This document shows positions 1 through 8,973 of a DNA stretch of 64,000 nucleotides, in pieces. Made by a program: the position numbers and the translations under genes. This stretch comes from Promethearchaeota archaeon (GTDB taxonomy: Archaea; Asgardarchaeota; Lokiarchaeia; Sigyniarchaeales; SOKP01), in the NCBI GenBank assembly GCA_011364925.1, contig RDOA01000013.1, forward strand, positions 1-64,000. The letters are read 5' to 3'. Each line of letters opens with the position of its first letter. Position 1 is the first letter of the stretch. Under the pieces are notes generated by a model. The model was not told the origin of the DNA and searched no databases. It saw only the letters and a program-made list of their open reading frames with translations.

Positions 1-1
1 G

Positions 2-373
2 CTGTGTTTCTTCAATATCAGCGGTTGCACGAGATATTAGTTGCCCCGTTTCAGTCTTATCAAAATATGAAAAGGACTGCCTATATATCGCATTACTAAT
101 ATCTGTTCTTAAATGATATATTGCTTTAGAAGATACTACCGCACCTCTAAGTCTAGCACCTCGAGCTGTAAAATAAGCTAAGATTGCAAAAATCAAAATA
201 AATATGAAATTTATTAGTAAAGTACTTATGTTTATCAATCCTCCAATTAATCTTCCAATAAAAATCGGAGTTATAGTAGTGAATATGGTTGATAAAGATA
301 GAAGAATAACTTGAACGATAAAATCCTTTCGAGATTTTAACCAGTATTTTAGAATCATTTGAGCTGAGTTCAT
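2..373 (-). CDS. ABC exporter, N-terminal transmembrane domain (runs off the window start)
   Basis: Own translation from ATG 373: MNSAQMILKYWLKSRKDFIVQVILLSLSTIFTTITPIFIGRLI...YHLRTDISNAIYRQSFSYFDKTETGQLISRATADIEETQ; the 'SYFD...TGQLISRAT.D' motif is typical of ABC exporters. Confidence 0.85.
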   Translation of the reverse strand, partial: MNSAQMILKYWLKSRKDFIVQVILLSLSTIFTTITPIFIGRLIGGLINISTLLINFIFILIFAILAYFTARGARLRGAVVSSKAIYHLRTDISNAIYRQSFSYFDKTETGQLISRATADIEETQ

Positions 374-375
374 TA

Positions 376-912
376 TTAACCCTCTCTATTATTTATTTTA
401 TGTTGTAAACTTTTTTTCTCTTTTCTAATCTTTTGAAGTAAATTATTAATATCAGACTCCATTTCAGACAAGACTTCTAATTTTTCTTTATCTGGAATGT
501 CTTTACTCATTAAATACTCAAGAGGACTTGAACTACTTTTAAAAGTAGCATCTTCTAAGAATTTTTTATGATCAAAATTAGGTATATCTTCAGGAAATTT
601 TGATTTTAACAAGTCAAAAAGTTCACCCAAATTATTGCGAAGTTCAACTAATCTCGATTCACCCTGCTGTGATAAAAAATATAAATGTTTAGGACGTCCA
701 GTCTCCTTACTAATATCGTCTTCTCGGATTAAATCTCCTTTTTCTTCTAATAGTTTCATCATACGATATATCTTTGAATGTGGAATATCTCCGAACTTTT
801 TCAAATCATAATAAGTGAGACCTTCAGGATAACTCTTGATTGTATTAAATATAAATACGGTTCTCAAGTTTTCCATGAAGTCCCTAAAGAATTTAAAATC
901 TCTTGGCCACAT
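376..912 (-). CDS. PadR-like winged-helix transcriptional regulator (start may be MENLRT at 876)
   Basis: wHTH with 'KIYRMMKLLEEKGDL...GRPKHLYFLSQQGESRL'; 2 nt upstream of the ABC exporter. Confidence 0.8.
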   Translation of the reverse strand: MWPRDFKFFRDFMENLRTVFIFNTIKSYPEGLTYYDLKKFGDIPHSKIYRMMKLLEEKGDLIREDDISKETGRPKHLYFLSQQGESRLVELRNNLGELFDLLKSKFPEDIPNFDHKKFLEDATFKSSSSPLEYLMSKDIPDKEKLEVLSEMESDINNLLQKIRKEKKSLQHKINNREG

Positions 913-1081
913 CAGAAATATTTACATTAAAAAAAATAATTTTTTTCAAAATAAAATATTTTGGTATTGGAAAATTAAGCTAATTTATAATTTTTTTCAT
1001 TTTGAAATATTATTAATTTTTTAAAATCATTTTATAATTAATTTAGATTATAAAATCTAATACTATAGATAGATGACTTAA

Positions 1082-2419
1082 ATGACTGAAGTTTTTATCT
1101 CTGATACCAAAAAAGGTTTAACTAAGGCTGTAAACGAGATTTTTTCAAATCTTGAAGAAACAGGATCCATTTTAAAAGAGTCCAAAGAAGTTTACATTAA
1201 AGTGAATGGAATTGATTTTAAAAAGCATTCATACACCTCTCCAGAAGTATTAAAAGAAGTTATCAGATACTGTGTTGATAAGGGAGCAAAAATCTATGTT
1301 ATGGAAAATTCTACTCAAGCCAATATGACCAGAATTGTGTTTGAAATAACAGGGTATAGGCAGATATGCGAAGAGTTAGGTGCTAATATCATATATTTAG
1401 ATGAACAAGAAACTGAGAATTTTGAGTTTAACGGAAAACCTTCCATATCGGACGATCCAAAAGAGGGTTATATTCTGAAAAATTTCCGATTACCTAAGAC
1501 AATAGTGGATATAATAAAAAATCGTAATGCTGTTACTTACATTAACTTACCAAAACTCAAAACTCATTCAATGGCAAGAGTTACTCTTGGTATTAAAAAC
1601 CAATGGGGCTTTCCTCAACATGCTGATAGATCAATAGATCATAACTATAATTTACATTCAAAACTCGTTGATGTCTATGAATATATAAAACCTGATATTA
1701 CGATTATAGATGGAACTGAAGGTACAATCAATGGACATTATCCCCCTACGGCATGGGAGGATAAATTAGTGATTCCATTCAATATTTTAATCGCTGGAAG
1801 GGATACTCTTTCGGTTGATGTTGTGGGGGCGCGTATCTTTGGAATGGATATAGCTGAGGTTCCTCACTTAAAAATTGCTAGTCAAAGAGGATTAGGTGAG
1901 GGAGACATAAGCAAAATTAAGGTAATCGGCAAAAATTTAGAGGATTACAAAGAGAAATATGACTGGAATCTCCCTCAGATCTTTCCCGATAATGTAAAAA
2001 TTGTTAGGGGTAAGAAGCTTCTATGTATTGAAGGCTGTCAGAATAACACATTAGTCACATTACAGGTTTTCGCTAATGACTACAAAGAGAGATTTAAAGG
2101 TGGGTGGTTTCTAATTATAGGTAAAGGACATGATGATGATTTAGTAGAAAAATTAGAAACTGAAGGATATAAAAAAGGTCTAGTAGCTGGTTATTGCGCT
2201 ATCGAAGAAGTTGGAGAAAAACTAAGAGATGCTTTTGGAAAGAGGAAAGTCTTCTTTTCAGGAAATTGTAACAATTTAGCTGAAACTGTAAGAGCAATAC
2301 TTAAATTATCAGGAATGACTGTATTTGATCTTGTCGGAAATGCGCTAACAAATGAGAAACTAATGGATTTAATCGATCTAGCTAATAAAAACAATAGTAC
2401 AGCACTAACACCGCTGTGA
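1082..2419 (+). CDS. DUF362 domain (Fe-S-associated) protein
   Basis: 'VYIKVN', 'TSPEV', 'INLPKLKTH...TLGIKNQWG', 'IIDG...G..P' motifs; C-terminal Cys residues. Confidence 0.8.
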   Translation: MTEVFISDTKKGLTKAVNEIFSNLEETGSILKESKEVYIKVNGIDFKKHSYTSPEVLKEVIRYCVDKGAKIYVMENSTQANMTRIVFEITGYRQICEELGANIIYLDEQETENFEFNGKPSISDDPKEGYILKNFRLPKTIVDIIKNRNAVTYINLPKLKTHSMARVTLGIKNQWGFPQHADRSIDHNYNLHSKLVDVYEYIKPDITIIDGTEGTINGHYPPTAWEDKLVIPFNILIAGRDTLSVDVVGARIFGMDIAEVPHLKIASQRGLGEGDISKIKVIGKNLEDYKEKYDWNLPQIFPDNVKIVRGKKLLCIEGCQNNTLVTLQVFANDYKERFKGGWFLIIGKGHDDDLVEKLETEGYKKGLVAGYCAIEEVGEKLRDAFGKRKVFFSGNCNNLAETVRAILKLSGMTVFDLVGNALTNEKLMDLIDLANKNNSTALTPL

Positions 2420-2602
2420 TACTTTTACTTTTTCTTTCATTGAAAATAAATATGATCAGTATAAACAAATTGATAGTTGAGGATTCGTTCCTCAACAGAA
2501 GATTTCCATTGACAATATTAAAATCTATTAAATCACAGATAAGTAAATTATTAAATACAAATTTTGATATTATATTTAAAAAGACTTTATTTAACTCTCT
2601 AA

Positions 2603-4084
2603 GTGAGAATATTGGAAGAAAACGAAAAATCTTTAACTCCCGAAGAAATTGAAAAACAAAAGAAGATTGTTGAAGACCTCTATAAGAAAGAAAAAGAAGA
2701 AAGAGAGAACTATTTAAAAAGTTTCGAGGAAGAACGAAAAAGGTCGTTTGAAGAAAGCAAAGCTATGATTTCTTCTCTAATCTCTGAAAAAAGTTTCATG
2801 AGAGAAAAACAACGAGAACGGGATTTAGAAAGGATGGAAATAAAACCTGAATTAGAAAAAATCGGCGAAACTATTGAGAAATCTGTCAGTGAAAAAGCAT
2901 TTATGATTGAAAAACATAAAGAAGAAGAGCAGATAAGAAAAGATATAAAACCAGACATCAAAGGGGTAGGAGAAGTAATTAGTAAAATTATAGACGATAA
3001 AGCGTTCCTAATAGAGAAGAGAAAGGAATCAGATGCACAAAGATCAAAATTAAAACCAGATATTGAGAGTACGGGGCAAGCAATTAGTAATAACGTCAAT
3101 ACAAAAGCTTTCTTAATTGAAAAGAAGAAGGAAAGTACTTCAAGTTTACGTGAATTAAAACCAGAAATGCAAACTGCTAGTGAAGCGATTAGCAAATCAA
3201 TAGAGGAGAAATCCTTTTTAAGAGAAAAGCAACGACAAAGCGATCTCGAAAGAATGAAGATAAAACCAGATTTTATGAAAACAGGAGACGCAATCAAGAA
3301 TGTTGTTGCTGAAAAAGCATTTAGAATTGAGAAAAGAAAAGAATTAGAAGTGAAAAAATCACTATTACACCCTGACATAGCGGGAAGAGGCGAAGCTATT
3401 AAATCAGCTATTGACGAAAAAGCTTTTAGAATTGATTTACAAAAAGATAAAGAGAGACAGATAAAAGATTTACATCCAGATATTGAACAAGCAGGAGAAA
3501 GTATTTCAAAAGCTATAAGTGAAAAAGCATTCATGAGAGAAACACAAAGAGAAAAGGATTTCAAACGAATGGAAATGAAACCGGACTTTTCAACGACTAG
3601 CGATGCTATTAGCTCTACCGTTGCTGAAAAAGCATTTAGAATGGAAAAACAACGCGAAATTGACGAGAGAAAAAAGTATATAAAACCCGATTTTGAAAAA
3701 ACAGCCGAAGTAATTAATCCTTCAATACAAGAAAAATCTTTTCTCCGAGATCAGCAAAGAGATAGTGATTCTAAAAGAATGGAAATTAAGCCAGATTTAG
3801 AGAAAGCAAGCCAAGCGATAAAACCTTCTATTGATGAAAAAGCGTTCAGAATTGAAAAACAAAAGGAAATGGATAAACAAAGAATGGAGATTAAACCAGA
3901 AATCGAAAAATTTAGTGAAGCGATCGAAAAAACCATTGGAGAAAAGGCTTTCATGATGGAAAAGCAACGAGAAAGGGATTTGGAAAGAATGGAACTTAAG
4001 CCCGATATAAAAGGTATTGGTTCTAAAATCGAAAGAGATATTGAGAAAATTGAAAAAAAGAAGAAAGACGACTATTCTGAATAG
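2603..4084 (+). CDS. Uncharacterised charged protein made of about 12 tandem 35-aa helical repeats
   Basis: Consensus (K/H)P(D/E)hxxxxxAIxxxhxEK(A/S)FxxEKx(K/R)xxxxx(R)xxh repeats exactly every 35 aa from residue 81. Confidence 0.85.
   Translation: MRILEENEKSLTPEEIEKQKKIVEDLYKKEKEERENYLKSFEEERKRSFEESKAMISSLISEKSFMREKQRERDLERMEIKPELEKIGETIEKSVSEKAFMIEKHKEEEQIRKDIKPDIKGVGEVISKIIDDKAFLIEKRKESDAQRSKLKPDIESTGQAISNNVNTKAFLIEKKKESTSSLRELKPEMQTASEAISKSIEEKSFLREKQRQSDLERMKIKPDFMKTGDAIKNVVAEKAFRIEKRKELEVKKSLLHPDIAGRGEAIKSAIDEKAFRIDLQKDKERQIKDLHPDIEQAGESISKAISEKAFMRETQREKDFKRMEMKPDFSTTSDAISSTVAEKAFRMEKQREIDERKKYIKPDFEKTAEVINPSIQEKSFLRDQQRDSDSKRMEIKPDLEKASQAIKPSIDEKAFRIEKQKEMDKQRMEIKPEIEKFSEAIEKTIGEKAFMMEKQRERDLERMELKPDIKGIGSKIERDIEKIEKKKKDDYSE
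2738..4050 (+). repeat. 105-bp-period degenerate coding tandem repeat (11 complete units 2843-3997 plus partial flanking units)
   Basis: KP/HP codons recur at 2843+105n up to 3998; 'gaaaaagc' (EKA) recurs in register. Confidence 0.9.
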
Positions 4085-4097
4085 AGGTTAGAATCTT

Positions 4098-4652
4098 CTA
4101 AATGTAATTACTAAATTTGATTAACTCATTTAAATCTACATTTTCTAATCTTTTTTTATATTGTAAAAATGAAGGATCAATATTACCATTAAAGTTTTTG
4201 ATTGCTGGTTCAAATTTGTAATAGAAATCTTCCATAACTTGATGTAAAATTACTCTTTCCGCTTGTAGGTTTGTTTTCTTTGAGATGCCAATAACAGTGA
4301 GTCTTCCTTTTCTCTCGTACAAAATTCTGCTTTCTCTAAAATTTACTTCTTGGATTTCATCGTCTATAGAATCTGGCTTTATTTCGTTCATAAATAAATT
4401 AAATGCATTCAAGAATCCACTTATTAAATCTTCGTGAGTTGATAATTTCATGTTATTTGTGTATTTTTTACTTAATAGGAGAGAACCAGTTAAATTGTCT
4501 AAAAAATAAATTGCATGAAACCGATTATTACTGGTTTCAAATTCCCCTAGATTAAATCCATACCACTTCTTGTAATTATTCACAGACCACTTATATGACA
4601 TGTTCTTGCTTTTTATAAACCTAATTATACTACTATTAGAACATGAACTCAA
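4098..4652 (-). CDS. Longin-like domain protein (start probably MSYKW at about 4601)
   Basis: 'AIYFLD..TGSLLLSKKY...DLISGFLNAFNLFMNEI...IQEVNF...ILYE' and C-terminal 'FYYKF...IKNFNGNI', the Asgard longin-like pattern. Confidence 0.7.
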   Translation of the reverse strand: MSSCSNSSIIRFIKSKNMSYKWSVNNYKKWYGFNLGEFETSNNRFHAIYFLDNLTGSLLLSKKYTNNMKLSTHEDLISGFLNAFNLFMNEIKPDSIDDEIQEVNFRESRILYERKGRLTVIGISKKTNLQAERVILHQVMEDFYYKFEPAIKNFNGNIDPSFLQYKKRLENVDLNELIKFSNYI

Positions 4653-4781
4653 AATCGCTTTAAAATGTAAATATTATCTTAGTGACACAATGAAATTATA
4701 AGTTTTTACAACAACACAAAAAAAACTAAAAATTAAAAATAAAAACATTTTATTATTAGACATATCACAGTTTAATTTTAG

Positions 4782-5255
4782 ATGAACATGGCTATAAACA
4801 ATAACAACCTAAAACAAAAAAATAAAATTTCAATAGGCAAAATTCTTTCAAGAGCAGATTTTAAATCTACTATTTTCCCAGATGAAGTTAAAAACGAAAT
4901 CAACGATGCTCCCTACTATTTATTAATTTTCATCTCTCGTGAAGATTCCATTAAAATTAGCTGCTTTCCTGCCCATAATCGTAATATTAAGAAAATTTTA
5001 ATAAAGTTGATTGAATTTTCACCAGATCTCGTTAAGGGTATTTCCACTGTGTTAAACGATCTAAACTTAAGCAGAGATATCCTCCATACAACTGGAATCT
5101 GTTATGAGCTAGAAAATTGCTTCTATGAGACATATTTATTAGGAGATTCATTGAATTCTGGGGATCTATCATTAGAAGAGATTAAAAATAAATTTCTGGC
5201 AATCGAGAAAATCGTCAATGTAGTCATTGAAGACATCCCTGTCCACAAAAAATAA
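4782..5255 (+). CDS. Hypothetical protein with possible C-terminal ACT-like domain
   Basis: 'PDLVKGISTVLNDLNL..ILHTTGIC...FYETY' beta-alpha-beta-beta pattern. Confidence 0.5.
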   Translation: MNMAINNNNLKQKNKISIGKILSRADFKSTIFPDEVKNEINDAPYYLLIFISREDSIKISCFPAHNRNIKKILIKLIEFSPDLVKGISTVLNDLNLSRDILHTTGICYELENCFYETYLLGDSLNSGDLSLEEIKNKFLAIEKIVNVVIEDIPVHKK

Positions 5256-5407
5256 TCATATCATATTAAGAACGGGAAAAAATCGGCTCTACCTCTTATG
5301 CCACCACTAAGTTCCTCCAATTTAGATTTAGTCTTAAACTAACTTTTACTTAAAGTGAGCAAAATAAACCTGGTTTGAGAATAGTAATTGCGTCAAAGGA
5401 TATCATT

Positions 5408-5827
5408 TTAAGTAATTTCTTTTTTACCACCAGTCTTAATCGAGCTTAAACTACGCCATGCTTTCCAAAATACTAACCACAGAATGATAAATATAAAAAT
5501 AGTCGTTGCAAATGTATATCCCCCAATAAAGGGATCGTTCAAAATCATAAATGGGACCCCCGCAATCGCAAATCCTATTAAATAGCCGTACCCCCAATAC
5601 CTGTTAATTAAAGCAATAATTACACCTGGAATCATTGTAGTAAGGATAATTGAGAGAAATGCTAAGACTTCAATTGTTCGAGGTGCATCCAAAATAAATA
5701 TCATGTTAAGCCATGAAACCACGAAACCAACTCCCGCAAAAATAAACATCCAAAAATTAACTTTTAGCTCCTTTTCTGAATTCTTTCTCATTCTTGTTTG
5801 ATCCTCATCTTTTACTTTAATTTTCAT
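5408..5827 (-). CDS. Small membrane protein (about 4 TM)
   Basis: Four hydrophobic segments. Confidence 0.7.
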   Translation of the reverse strand: MKIKVKDEDQTRMRKNSEKELKVNFWMFIFAGVGFVVSWLNMIFILDAPRTIEVLAFLSIILTTMIPGVIIALINRYWGYGYLIGFAIAGVPFMILNDPFIGGYTFATTIFIFIILWLVFWKAWRSLSSIKTGGKKEIT

Positions 5828-6100
5828 TTCAAAATGTATCTTGTAGGTAATAATTCACCATAATCAAAAACAATTCTTATTGATCTCTATTACTGAAAAA
5901 TCTTTTGGTGGATAGATTTGTAGATATTTACGACAAAACTTTCAAACCATTAACAATTCTTTTAAATAGAACGCAAGCTATTAATATCATAAGATAAAAA
6001 TTTAAATGTGTACTCTATATAATAATCATTAAAGATAAAAATTTTAAAACAACAAATCACAATCTTAATAATAATAAAATAGGGAATTAAATAAAACCAT

Positions 6101-6215
6101 GACTCCTGCCCCGCCCTGGATTTTTGTCTTTTGGTAGTGTGTTCTACACACTCATTTCGCCCTCCTCCCCCTATTTTATTTTTGACCTTCTTATTAGGTC
6201 TTGGTGGCAGGAGTC
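6101..6215. ncRNA. Candidate structured RNA element (strand unknown)
   Basis: GC-rich island closed by a perfect 10-bp stem GACTCCTGCC(6101-6110)/GGCAGGAGTC(6206-6215); internal hairpins AGTGTG-ttcta-CACACT (6136-6152) and GACCT-7nt-AGGTC (6184-6200). Confidence 0.5.
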
Positions 6216-6450
6216 TCCCTTTACCCAATATTTAATCTTTTTGCTATGGGGAAGATGATCAACTATTTTCAAACTAAAAATTTTAAGTAGATGGAAATAA
6301 AGAATAAATAGTTGTTTTGGGAAGTAAATCATTATTTTTTATTCGATAATACTATAAATACTATTAATTTTCGTATAAAATTAAAATACAATAATATGTT
6401 ATTTAGTCAAATAATTATTTTAATAAAAAAAATCAAATTAAATATCAAAA

Positions 6451-8160
6451 TTGATACTTATGACGGAAGAAATTATTAGACGAACTACAAGCATTTGTCC
6501 TGAATGCTTACAACCTATCCCAGCAGAAATTTATGTAGATCCGGAAACGAATTGGGTCATGATGCGGAAAGACTGTGAAGAACATGGACATTTCAAAGAT
6601 AAACTTTCAATTGATCCAGAAGAGTATATATGGGGTGAAAGTTTTACAGACGAAATAGGATCTACCATAGGTCATACTACGCAACCGGAGTCTGTTAATT
6701 CTGGAATAAAAGAGTGTAACGAAGGTTGCCCATATGATTGTGGTCTCTGTGAAAATCATAAAAGTGCTCCCAATATATGTCTTATCGACATTACAAATCG
6801 ATGTAATTTAACCTGTCCAATTTGTTTCGCGAACGCAAGTGCAAAAGGGTATGTAGTTGAACCTACATTCGATCAGATTGTGCAAATAATGGAACACTTC
6901 AGATCAATGAAACCAGTTCCGGCTGTTATGCTTCAGATCTCTGGTGGGGAACCGACAGTGAGAGACGATCTCCCAGACATCGTTCGCAAAGGAAAAGAAC
7001 TCGGATTCACAGAAGTAATGGTCACAACTAATGGTGTAAGATTTGCTAAGTCGATTGACTTTTTAAAACAATGCATGGATGCAGGAATGGATGCTATATA
7101 TTTACAATTCGATTCGACTGATGATCCAGAAGTTTGGAAAAAAATACGTGGCGTTAATCTATGGCCTCTAAAGAAGCGGGTTATTGAAAATTGCCGGAAA
7201 ATCGGATTTTACGGGACCATGTTAGTTCCTGTTATTGCCAAGGGCGTTAATGATCAACAAGTCGGTAAAATAATGGATTATGCTAAGGATAATAGTGATG
7301 TGGTTTCCGGTGTAATTTTCCAACCAGTTTCTCTTTGTGGACGTATTAGCTTCGAAGAACTTATGGATTTAAGATATACTACTTCTGATTTGAAAGCCGC
7401 AATTAATAAACATACAAATAATGCCATTCATAGGTTCTATCCAATCGCAACAACTGCAAAAATGACTCGTTTGTTAGCATGGTTCGACGACATGCCAGAA
7501 TTTGGAATGACAAGTCATAAAGACTGTGGTTTTGCAACTATTATGATAATCAATAGTAAAGACGAGTGGGAATCAATCGAAGAATATTTTGATACAGAAG
7601 GGCTTATAAGATGGTCAAACAAAGTTTATGACATGGTACAGGGAAGAGAAATTCCAAAACCTACTGGCTTCTTAAAGGGTGTAAACTTAGAAGATTTTGG
7701 AGCAATCGCCAATACTGTTGGCAAATTCATTGACGAAATGACTGATTTAGGATACCGACAAATGATGAAAGCCTACTATTTTGCGGGAGCAGTTAAATAT
7801 GTAAAGCATCCAGAAAAAATCCTAACAAGTAAAACTTATCAAGGTTTCGCACGTCTTATTGCCTCTCCTAACTTAGCAAGCGCTGCTAACTTTTTACACA
7901 CAAAAAATTTAATGATTAGTGCAATGCACTTTCAAGACGCTTACAACTTCGATTTAGACAGAGTTTGTCGATGCTTGGTTCATTATGGGGTAGTAGATCC
8001 AGAGGATAACACGAAAACCTTGGAAGTTCCCTTCTGTGCTATGAACACGCTGCACAGGGAAAGGCTAGAACTAGCCAACGCAATCCGGGGACAGGAGGCA
8101 AAGAAAGCTGAAGTTATCCAAGCAGAAATTAAAGAACTGCTTGAAACTGTAAAAGAATAA
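6451..8160 (+). CDS. tes: Radical SAM tetraether lipid synthase (Tes/GDGT-MAS, MJ0619 family); start likely ATG 6460
   Basis: N-terminal 'TTSICPEC...C.EHG', 'GCPYDCGLCENH', radical SAM 'NRCNLTCPICFANA', 'SGGEPT', C-terminal 'FQD.YNFD..R..RC.VHY...PFCAMN'. Confidence 0.85.
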   Translation: MILMTEEIIRRTTSICPECLQPIPAEIYVDPETNWVMMRKDCEEHGHFKDKLSIDPEEYIWGESFTDEIGSTIGHTTQPESVNSGIKECNEGCPYDCGLCENHKSAPNICLIDITNRCNLTCPICFANASAKGYVVEPTFDQIVQIMEHFRSMKPVPAVMLQISGGEPTVRDDLPDIVRKGKELGFTEVMVTTNGVRFAKSIDFLKQCMDAGMDAIYLQFDSTDDPEVWKKIRGVNLWPLKKRVIENCRKIGFYGTMLVPVIAKGVNDQQVGKIMDYAKDNSDVVSGVIFQPVSLCGRISFEELMDLRYTTSDLKAAINKHTNNAIHRFYPIATTAKMTRLLAWFDDMPEFGMTSHKDCGFATIMIINSKDEWESIEEYFDTEGLIRWSNKVYDMVQGREIPKPTGFLKGVNLEDFGAIANTVGKFIDEMTDLGYRQMMKAYYFAGAVKYVKHPEKILTSKTYQGFARLIASPNLASAANFLHTKNLMISAMHFQDAYNFDLDRVCRCLVHYGVVDPEDNTKTLEVPFCAMNTLHRERLELANAIRGQEAKKAEVIQAEIKELLETVKE

Positions 8161-8306
8161 TTATTATTTTAAATAAAAATCTTGTTTTATTCCTTAATTT
8201 TCTTTAATTTTAACGAAATATAGGATATAATTCTAGCAGATAGTATTTAAATTCAGACTCCTATTTATTAGATATATAAAGAAGTAGAAAATAATCGGAT
8301 TGTATA

Positions 8307-8891
8307 GTGAACAATACGGATATCATAGGGGAATATCGGGGAACAGTTAAAAATAGAGTATTAACTGCGTTATTACAGTCCTACATGGATAACTTAGATT
8401 ACGATGGCATGAAATCGATATTAAAGGAGGCAGGACTGTTAGAACTTAAAGATATCCGTGGAGTAGATCCCGAGGGAGAAATAGACTTTTTTTCGTTTAA
8501 GAAAATTATATCCGCTCAAAATTGTTTATTATACGATTCTTCCCATTTATTATCAGAAATTGGAAAGAAGTTTTCATTTTACTTATTCCCTTTTGGAAAA
8601 GTATTTGAAGAAATTGTTGAAGAAATAAATAAGTTGATCGTGGCTGATTGGCGAGTTATAATTGTCGAAAACAGAGCAGAATCAGTTATCATTCGCGTTG
8701 ATAAATGCATTTTTTGTTCAGAAATTGGAGTTTCTTGCGAGTTGTTTAAAAGTTTTTTAATCCATTCGTTAGAAAAAAGTTTACCCTCTGATTTCTGTGT
8801 TGTCCCTTACGAAATAAAAGAGAATATTAATAATCCAGATCATAATTCTTTCGTTTTAAAATTACGTATTGAGAAAAAAAATTCATCTTAA
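8307..8891 (+). CDS. V4R-domain protein
   Basis: 'GMKSILKEAGL', 'EIGKKF', 'IRVDKCIFC...C..F..FL' V4R/H-NOX/Bet3-like pattern. Confidence 0.65.
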   Translation: MNNTDIIGEYRGTVKNRVLTALLQSYMDNLDYDGMKSILKEAGLLELKDIRGVDPEGEIDFFSFKKIISAQNCLLYDSSHLLSEIGKKFSFYLFPFGKVFEEIVEEINKLIVADWRVIIVENRAESVIIRVDKCIFCSEIGVSCELFKSFLIHSLEKSLPSDFCVVPYEIKENINNPDHNSFVLKLRIEKKNSS

Positions 8892-8973
8892 AATAGAGAA
8901 AGCTTAAATATACCAAAAATCAAAATACTTTTTGTCATAATAATTATAAAATCATAAAATATTTCTACCAAAA

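Noticed and set aside
2710-3954. Long antisense ORFs (284 aa and 67 aa) inside the repeat gene
   Set aside because: Shadow frames of the Glu/Lys-rich sense strand; the Ser/Phe/Leu-rich translations have no independent features.
2843-3997. 105-bp periodicity read as a CRISPR array, PPR protein or nebulin-type 7-unit super-repeat
   Set aside because: The repeats are degenerate at synonymous sites and fully coding, with no spacers. They lack the PPR two-helix hydrophobic pattern. The most similar units are at offsets 3 and 10, so no clear 7-unit period.
5262-5400. Moderately GC-rich patch between convergent genes, with tiny ORFs and weak pairing
   Set aside because: Only short G-U-rich stems and ORFs under 20 codons; not enough support.
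6101-6215. 5S rRNA, tRNA or SECIS identity for the structured element
   Set aside because: No 5S conserved motifs, no cloverleaf or TTC loop, and no AUGA/GA kink-turn geometry behind a TGA-containing gene.
5962-6228. 88-aa minus-strand ORF
   Set aside because: Implausible composition; overlaps the structured GC-rich element, which explains the lack of stops.
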